Shown here piece after piece: positions 57,939-64,000 of a DNA stretch of 64,000 nt. Source of the stretch: an uncultured Phycisphaeraceae bacterium (GTDB lineage Bacteria; Planctomycetota; Phycisphaerae; UBA1845); contig CAZBUJ010000023.1 in NCBI GenBank assembly GCA_964495075.1, positions 1,461-65,460 of the forward strand, written 5' to 3'. The stretch's first letter is position 1. Each line of letters starts with the position of its first letter. The notes under the pieces are model-generated. The model ran no database searches and had not been told where the DNA came from. It saw only the letters and a program-made list of their open reading frames with translations. The translations under genes were made by a program, and so were the position numbers.

Positions 57939-59111
57939 TCAACCCGCCAGGAGCCACGATTTGGACACCAAGTCGTCCTGCTGCTCCCGCGTCAGGGACG
58001 CATACAACCCGCGGACGACGTCCACCACCGGACGACCGCAGCCCGCCATCAGCCGTCTAAGGAGTTCCGCCTGCTCATCCGATGAGGCACCGAAGAAGGT
58101 GGCCATGAACTTCCGTTCCACCGCGTCGCGCAACTCGCGTTGCAGGGCGTGATCGACGGGGCGGTTCATTCCATCCGGATCCGTGCGGGCGACTTCCCGC
58201 AGGCGAGCGACTTCCGGGTCCGCCGTCAGTGCGGCCCGCACCGCCTCTCGCAGACGCTGCTCGTACTTGACCACGCGACCGACGGATGACGCCGTTTCAC
58301 GGGCGATCGCCCGCAAAGTCACTCGATGCTCCGGGCTCGGGATGAGCAGCCGGCCGTCCGCGATGCGCATCAGCACGGCACGGCGATCGGCCCGGCGGGC
58401 CGGCCCCTGGGCCGTCCGGTCCACGGCCTGCTGCACGGCTCGCTCGTACAGCATCCGAAGCCGCTGTCCGACGGTTTCGACATCGTCCGCCGTCGCGGCC
58501 TCGGCGACCGGCCCAGGCAATGTCGGCCGGACGAACGGCGCACCGGCCCCAGCCAGACGATCCAGCGACACCACGATCGGAACCCGCTCACCGGACCCCG
58601 GCGTAACCGCCCCGGCAGGATATGCAGAGCCCGTCGGCAAACCGGACATTTCAAAACCGGTCGTACCACAGCCGGCCATGTCTGGGCGAGTCCCACCCGG
58701 GCCGCTCACCAGGGACGCGCTCCCCTCGCCATCGGTCGGCTCCGGGGCTGCCGCATCCCGGGCTGGCGTCTGTTCCGCCTGCCGCTCTCTCGCCAATCGC
58801 TCCTTGGCCAATCGTTCCCTGGGCACGCGGATCAGGGCCGACCCTTCGCGGAGGTAGCGGCTGATCGCGGTATGGATGCGAGGCAAGGCGAACGCCACGA
58901 ACGGGATGCCCCGGGCCGGATCGTACCGCCGCGCCGCGTCGATCAACCCCAGGCACCCTTCCTGATACAGGTCGTCCCAGATTTGCGTCCGGGTGCCACG
59001 AGCCGCGCCGGGCACGCGGCGGACAATGTGTAACTTAATTAACCATAGATGATTAGCCACAAGGTCCCGTTGTCCGGCGTCCATCCCGACTGGAATCTGC
59101 GCGTTGTCCAT
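57939..59111 (-). CDS. sigma-70 family RNA polymerase sigma factor with an internal insertion and a C-terminal extension
   Basis: ORF track 57939..59204, trimmed to ATG 59111, which is preceded by AGGAGGTG. Region 2: DDLYQEGCLGLIDAARRYDPARGIPFVAFALPRIHTAISRYL. Region 4-like HTH: VTLRAIARETASSVGRVVKYEQR. Confidence 0.8.
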   Translation of the reverse strand: MDNAQIPVGMDAGQRDLVANHLWLIKLHIVRRVPGAARGTRTQIWDDLYQEGCLGLIDAARRYDPARGIPFVAFALPRIHTAISRYLREGSALIRVPRERLAKERLARERQAEQTPARDAAAPEPTDGEGSASLVSGPGGTRPDMAGCGTTGFEMSGLPTGSAYPAGAVTPGSGERVPIVVSLDRLAGAGAPFVRPTLPGPVAEAATADDVETVGQRLRMLYERAVQQAVDRTAQGPARRADRRAVLMRIADGRLLIPSPEHRVTLRAIARETASSVGRVVKYEQRLREAVRAALTADPEVARLREVARTDPDGMNRPVDHALQRELRDAVERKFMATFFGASSDEQAELLRRLMAGCGRPVVDVVRGLYASLTREQQDDLVSKSWLLAG

Positions 59112-59231
59112 CGTCTGGTCACCTCCTACTGCAAACCCTGACGGTCGGCCACCCCCAATGGCCGACTCGGTACCTAACATAAACCAAACACCTGAGCGGT
59201 GCAAGGTGAATTCTGGTGGACACCGTTCGAA

Positions 59232-60990
59232 TCACCAATGACCACTGGCCCATTGACTGATGACGCGTTGTCTGTTCCGGTGACCGGTCCGGCGAGCGGC
59301 GTGGTGGGCGGTCTCTGGGGGGGCGTAGCGTTGGCCCAGTGGTGGGAAGGCCCCTCTTTCGTTTGGTAGTTTAATTGATGAGTTGTAGTTCACGCCTCCC
59401 TGGCGGGGCCAGTATCGCGTGGACTTTCGACCCTGCCGGGCGTGATCAGTGGTTCTCCGCCACCAGGGGCAGCCGCAGGTAAGCGGCGGAACCGGCTGAT
59501 TCCAGAACGCCGGGCTCTGAGCCTTGGCCAAGTCCAAAGCCGTGACCTGCCCGTCGCGGTTCACGTCCGCCCGCGGACTGGGCGTCGGCTCCGACAGGTC
59601 TTTGTTCCAGGAACCCGGACTCTGAATCAGCGCGAGGTCCAGACCCGTGGTGTCGCCGCTGCAATTCGCATCACCCTGCGAGAAACACATCGGGAAGGTG
59701 ATGACCGCCCGCGCGCCCGTGCTGAGCGTGATCTCATACCGGCCGGTCGGGAACCCCGCGTCGAAGCTGAGGCTTAGCTCGTTCGCCACCGCGCCCGCGG
59801 AGAGGGTGCCGGTAGCACCGATGTCCGGCATGACACTCACGGTGTAGTCACCCGCCTCGACGGACCCGTCGAACACCAGACGGAATGACATCTCGCGCAC
59901 GGCAGCGCAACTCCGCGTGCAGCGAGGGCGATATCAATGGCGATCGCGCCCTGCTTGCGGTCGAGCATGCCACCGGCCGTGGCCAGACCGTCCATGAAGT
60001 ACCGCAGGTCTTCCTTGGACAGGTCACCGTCGGCGTTGAAGTCACCGATGACCTCGGGGATGGCGTTGTCGACGGCCATGCCGCCGGTAGCGCCACCGGC
60101 ACAGCCGTACGGCGGACGCGCCTGCTGCCAAGTGCGCGGTGCGCGGTACGCCGCGACCAACTGGTCGGCGTCATTGATGTTCCGGGCGCAGTCACCGTTG
60201 AAGTCGCCCGCCGTCCGGTTCGAGGCCGACAACTGGTTGCCGCCACCAATCGTGCGGCACTGGCCACTGGCGTAATAGTAGTAGGCCGGGCCGGTCGAAC
60301 CGTCGGAGTAGATGACCTTGTCGTAACTTCCGGTTGACAGGTCGGTCCGGGCGGGCACCAGGCCGGCCGGCGTCGTGCCGTAAGCTGGGGTGTCGCCACC
60401 CCAACCGAGGCCGTTGTTTTCGCGGATGAACTCCTGCAGGTCAGGATTCACGGTGTGAGGCAAGGAGTAGTCGGTGGGGTTGGCCACATCGTGGACGCAG
60501 TCCAGCCCGTCGGCCGGGAAGTACGACAGGGCGAGCTGCTGACCCGGCGTGGTGCCGCCCGACCGCGTTGATCTGGCTCCGGCCGCTGGTCCAGTCGAGA
60601 ATGCTCGACGTCAGGCCCTGAATCTGCCGCATCGGCAAAAAGTCGTAATCCTGCTCCGTCTCGGGAAAACGACCAATGCTGGTACCCATGCGGATGACTG
60701 AACGGCTGCTCCCGGGGATTCCAGTCGCCGCTCTCAAAGGGATAGACGTACGAAGGCGGATAGACACCCTGGCTATCCGTCAGGTACGACGCGACCGCTT
60801 TCCCAACACCGCTGAGATTGGTTCCGCACTGGACGGCCTTGGCTTGATCCCGGGCCTTCTTCAAACTCGGCAGCAGGATGGCAATGAGCAACGCGATGAT
60901 CGACACAACCACGAGCAACTCAATGTGGGTAAACGCTGGTCGTGATCGGTCGGCAACGGAAACGGCGTGATGGTTCCGAACTCTCAGCAT
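59232..60990 (-). pseudogene. prepilin-type N-terminal (DUF1559-like) / dockerin-like repeat gene disrupted by about three frameshifts
   Basis: ATG 60990 is preceded by AAGGAGAAG and encodes FTHIELLVVVSIIALLIAILLPSL (a type IV pilin-like methylation motif). The protein-like reading then jumps between the three minus frames near ~60666, ~60558 and ~59905 (track ORFs 60448..61041, 60441..60767, 59837..60487, 59232..59900). D-x-N/D-x-D-G repeats are present (GDFNGDCARNINDAD, GDFNADGDLSKEDL, DVNRDGQVTALDL). The 3' end is uncertain. Confidence 0.5.
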
Positions 60991-61403
60991 GGCAGACTTC
61001 TCCTTGTATAATTCCACTAAAACCGAGCCCGAATCGACCACTTTGACACGCGCCTCTCCCCGTCGCGCGGTAGAGTAGTCAAGGAAGTTTCGATTCGTGT
61101 GAGTGAGCCGTCAGAAGCATGCAAAGGTTGTGTTATGGACGCGTGTCCGCTACATGAAGAATCGATTAAGATCGACGGGCGTCGAACACCGACCCGGCTA
61201 ACCGGGGTCGCGATGCACGGTTACACCGTCGCCGGCCGAGGTTCAGCCCAGCGGTCCCGCCGATGGCGGATGAAGACAGGTATGTGTCACCGTGCCCGAT
61301 GGAGCGGCCGGAAGGGCTGCACACGAAGCTCTTCCTACACATGATGTTATGACGGACATCCACAGGACGGTGACGCGTCCGCACGCGAAAGGCGACGAAA
61401 CGT

Positions 61404-61913
61404 ATGGAACAACTACGCGATTTGGCAAAAGAAGACCTTCTGAAAGTCATTCAGATTCACGCCGAGAGTTGGCTCGCCCACGACGGGTGCTGGTTCCTCG
61501 CCGTGGAGGAGAAGTACGGGTTGGAGACGGCCATGGCGCTGGACACCGACGCGTGGCACCACTTCTCGCCGGTGGAAGCCAAACGCATCATGCGGGCGTT
61601 CGACGTCCCGGAGGGCGGAGGGCTCGATGCCCTGGAACAGGCGCTGGGCTTCCGGCTGTACGCGACCGTCAATCCACAGCGCATCGAACGCCCGGACGCG
61701 AACACGCTGATCTACAAGATGATTGACTGTCGCGTGCAGACCGCCCGTCAGCGGAAGAACCTCCCCGCGTTTCCATGCAAGTCGGTGGGGATCGTCGAGT
61801 ACGCACGGTTCGCGGAGACCATCGATCCGCGCATCAAGACCCGTTGCCTGCAGTGCCCCCCTGACCCCCGCGCGGGCGCGGGGTGCGCCTGCGCATGGGA
61901 GTTCACGATCTAG
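61404..61913 (+). CDS. Cys-rich DUF6125 / ATC-hydrolase-like protein
   Basis: 169 aa. HAESWLAHDGCWFLAVEEKYG and C-terminal Cys motifs (CRVQ..FPC..CLQCPP..CACAWEF). Family call is from memory, moderate confidence. Confidence 0.65.
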   Translation: MEQLRDLAKEDLLKVIQIHAESWLAHDGCWFLAVEEKYGLETAMALDTDAWHHFSPVEAKRIMRAFDVPEGGGLDALEQALGFRLYATVNPQRIERPDANTLIYKMIDCRVQTARQRKNLPAFPCKSVGIVEYARFAETIDPRIKTRCLQCPPDPRAGAGCACAWEFTI

Positions 61914-61947
61914 GGCCCGAAACGCGGGCTTCAGCCTGAGAAATGCC

Positions 61948-63573
61948 ATGGTCTGGCACTCACAATCACGTTGCCGTTTGATTCGGGTCGGCTTGATCGC
62001 CGCCGCGGCGGCCGGTGCGCCGGCGGGCAGGTCGTCGGCCACCGGGCCCGACGCACCGCCGTCATGGCGATCGAGCGCGGTGCGACTATCGGTCCACACC
62101 GAGCCGGACGGGTGCCTGGTCAAGATCAACACGTGCCTGCTGGTCGACGGCAGCGACCGGCCGCTCAGAACGCCGCTTACCGGTATCGAAGTGCCACCGG
62201 GCATGTATCGCGTCGAAGTGGTCCATGAAGGGTACGCCACCGCCCGCCGTTGGGTGCGACTCGCGGCACCGTCCGCGGCACTGCGCTTCACCCTGGATCG
62301 CGCTGACGACACGGCGGTCCCAATGCCGGTGCCCGTCGCCACCACCGCGGGCGAGTCGACTTTCCTTTCCCTCCCCCGCTATCGATCGAACAGCGCCGAT
62401 CCGGTCCCGCCGTACGCGACGGAACGCGAGCGGCTGTCCGCCCTGGCCGAACTGACCGGCCGGAACGCGAAGTGGCGCGTGGCAGCGGACGGGAACCAGG
62501 CGTCCGTCCATGCGGACTTTTCGTTTGACGATCCGGCGGACGGGAAGGCCTTCGCGGCGCTGATGGGACGTTGGTCCGTCGACGATGGCATGCTGCGGGC
62601 CAAGGCGACCTACCCCCCGCAGGTGATCTGGGCCATCCCGTTGGCGACCGCGCCCTGTTCGGTGGCCGGCACCGTTCGATCAACCGGCGTGTTCGAATTG
62701 AATCTGCACGATCCGTTCGCCGCCCGGCTGGCCGGCACGTCCGCCGTGGCCCGGATCCACTTCGGACGAACCCGCGAATGGTCCGAGGAAGCGTGGGTGG
62801 AATTGTCGAGCGGCGGGCACACGCTCGCCTATCGCCACGGCTTCCGGCTGGCGGATGGATCGCACCATGTGGCATTGGATATCAGCCCGTGTCAGGTTCA
62901 GGGCCGGCTGTCTCCGTTGTTCGACGGCACCGATCTGAAGGGCCGGTTGACCGCCGATCCGGTACCCGCTCATGTCTACGTCGGTGTGGCCGGCGCCGTC
63001 GGGAATGAAGTCAACGTGCATGCCCTGCACATTGCAGGTACGGTCGATCTTTACTCGGACGGCATTGACGCGTTGGTGGGGATTGGCGAGGCCTTCTGGG
63101 GCGACGGGCGCCGGGTCACGCTGTGGTTCAGCGGGGACGGGTGTTTCCAGTCTCTGCGTCACAACGGCGCGATCATCGCGGCGCGATCGCCGACCGACCC
63201 GCTGGCGGGCACCCTTGACCCGCCGTTGCGTTGTTGCGTGCTCACGCTTCGGGCGGGTGATGTTCTCGTCTTTGAACTGAGCGAAGCGGAGGACTTCGCG
63301 GCGCTGCGGGTCACTGGCGTGGACGACGCGACGCGGCGAACGGTTCTGGCCTCGAGCCCACTAACCTGGGCGGCCGCCTCCGGGCGGCCCTCCACGGGCT
63401 GGCTCACAGCCGCGACCACAGGGCAGGACGTGCCGGCACGGGTGTCCCGAGGGCAGGCGCCTGCCTTGCGGGACAAGTTCCGGGCGGCGACGGGGCGTGA
63501 CTGGCCGGTTCTACCGTTGACCGGTCCGCCGGATGCCCGAGGTCACGCATGGTTGAAGTACGTCGTTCGGTGA
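61948..63573 (+). CDS. secreted PEGA-domain protein
   Basis: ORF track 61723..63573, trimmed to ATG 61948 (signal-like RLIRVGLIAAAAAGAPA). PEGA-like segment VHTEPDGCLVKIN..PLTGIEVPPGMYRVEVVHEGYATARRWV. The rest was not recognised. Confidence 0.6.
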   Translation: MVWHSQSRCRLIRVGLIAAAAAGAPAGRSSATGPDAPPSWRSSAVRLSVHTEPDGCLVKINTCLLVDGSDRPLRTPLTGIEVPPGMYRVEVVHEGYATARRWVRLAAPSAALRFTLDRADDTAVPMPVPVATTAGESTFLSLPRYRSNSADPVPPYATERERLSALAELTGRNAKWRVAADGNQASVHADFSFDDPADGKAFAALMGRWSVDDGMLRAKATYPPQVIWAIPLATAPCSVAGTVRSTGVFELNLHDPFAARLAGTSAVARIHFGRTREWSEEAWVELSSGGHTLAYRHGFRLADGSHHVALDISPCQVQGRLSPLFDGTDLKGRLTADPVPAHVYVGVAGAVGNEVNVHALHIAGTVDLYSDGIDALVGIGEAFWGDGRRVTLWFSGDGCFQSLRHNGAIIAARSPTDPLAGTLDPPLRCCVLTLRAGDVLVFELSEAEDFAALRVTGVDDATRRTVLASSPLTWAAASGRPSTGWLTAATTGQDVPARVSRGQAPALRDKFRAATGRDWPVLPLTGPPDARGHAWLKYVVR

Positions 63574-63604
63574 AAGGCACCGTTCCATTGGGCGAGGAGC
63601 CGTC

Positions 63605-64000
63605 TTGGATCTGTTCGAGATTGCCGACAAGCTGGTTCGTGATCTGAAACCAATGCGGTTCAGCCCGCCGGTGTGCTACGTGTACAACCCCCTGATCTAC
63701 GCGCGGCGGACGTACAATCAGTACATCGATCGCTACGGCCGGGGCGAACGGGAGGTGATCTTGGTCGGCATGAATCCGGGGCCGTGGGGGATGGCCCAGA
63801 CCGGGATCCCGTTCGGCGAAGTGACGGCCGTCCGCGACTGGTTGGGCATCGACGCCCCGGTGGGCAAGCCCGCGGTCGAGCAGCCCCAGCGCCCGGTGCT
63901 GGGGCTCGATTGTCCGCGGCGGGAGGTGAGTGGCGACCGGTTGTGGGGCTGGGCACGTGACACGTATACGACACCTGATCGATTCTTCCGGCGGTTCTTC
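63605..64000 (+). CDS. SMUG1-type (family 3) uracil-DNA glycosylase, 5' part (runs off right edge)
   Basis: The frame is open from 63557 to the window end. TTG 63605 or ATG 63653 are possible starts. GMNPGPWGMAQTGIPFG is the SMUG1 family active-site motif. Confidence 0.8.
   Translation, partial: MDLFEIADKLVRDLKPMRFSPPVCYVYNPLIYARRTYNQYIDRYGRGEREVILVGMNPGPWGMAQTGIPFGEVTAVRDWLGIDAPVGKPAVEQPQRPVLGLDCPRREVSGDRLWGWARDTYTTPDRFFRRFF

Noticed and set aside
59361-59392. AT-rich patch GGTAGTTTAATTGATGAGTTGTAGTTCAC upstream of the sigma gene, considered as a fifth heptamer arm.
   Set aside because: It shares only loose AT-richness, has no clean AATTACT periodicity, and has no inverted partner nearby. 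The nearby ACGCCTC is in the wrong order relative to true arms.
61099-61344. 81-aa ORF with CKGC..C motif in the 360-nt gap between the prepilin-like gene and the DUF6125-like gene.
   Set aside because: Third codon positions are not GC-enriched, unlike real genes here. The second half is Arg-rich nonsense. The region is more likely a divergent promoter/leader.

Overview
This is a GC-rich bacterial chromosomal window. GC content was judged by eye, not computed. The gene content looks like Planctomycetota: a prepilin-type/DUF1559-like gene, TMTC-like GT-C/TPR proteins, four-helix-bundle (4HB) genes, an OprB-type porin, and a complete Gram-negative-type flagellar rod/ring set. That assignment is inference only.

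I support about 58 protein-coding genes. I found no rRNA, tRNA, CRISPR array, transposase or integrase.

Layout:
- 0-27.5 kb: housekeeping and envelope genes. These are a radical-SAM gene, kdsA, uvrC, cmk, an ABC ATPase with a permease/CPBP-protease fusion, larB, nnrD, a porin, M48 and M16 peptidases, ogt, a BtpA-family gene, and two TMTC-like TPR glycosyltransferase candidates flanking a PAP2 phosphatase.
- 27.5-36.2 kb (minus strand): a complete F1Fo ATP synthase operon, atpZ-atpI-atpB-E-F-H-A-G-[4HB]-D-C.
- 36.5-39.8 kb: asd and a DinG-type helicase.
- 39.9-52.2 kb (minus strand): a late flagellar cluster, flgF-G-A-H-I, a rod-binding gene, flgN-K-L, fliW, csrA, fliC.
- 52.6-64 kb: glyA, a GH10-like protein, a ComEA-like protein, an atypical sigma factor, a frameshifted prepilin/dockerin-like gene, a DUF6125-like gene, a PEGA-domain gene, and a SMUG1-type uracil-DNA glycosylase cut by the right edge.

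Main finding: a family of very AT-rich inverted-repeat elements whose arms are tandem 7-nt units (AATTACT)n ending in AATGAGG.
- Three copies sit exactly in intercistronic gaps of the atp operon.
- One copy fills the gap between the convergent radical-SAM and kdsA genes.
- One atp copy carries an Avd-like / 23S-rRNA-intervening-sequence-type four-helix-bundle ORF in its loop. The others look like cargo-less or decayed versions.

Limits: all function calls come from motif recognition by eye. No searches, folding or statistics were run, and several start codons are my choice among alternatives.
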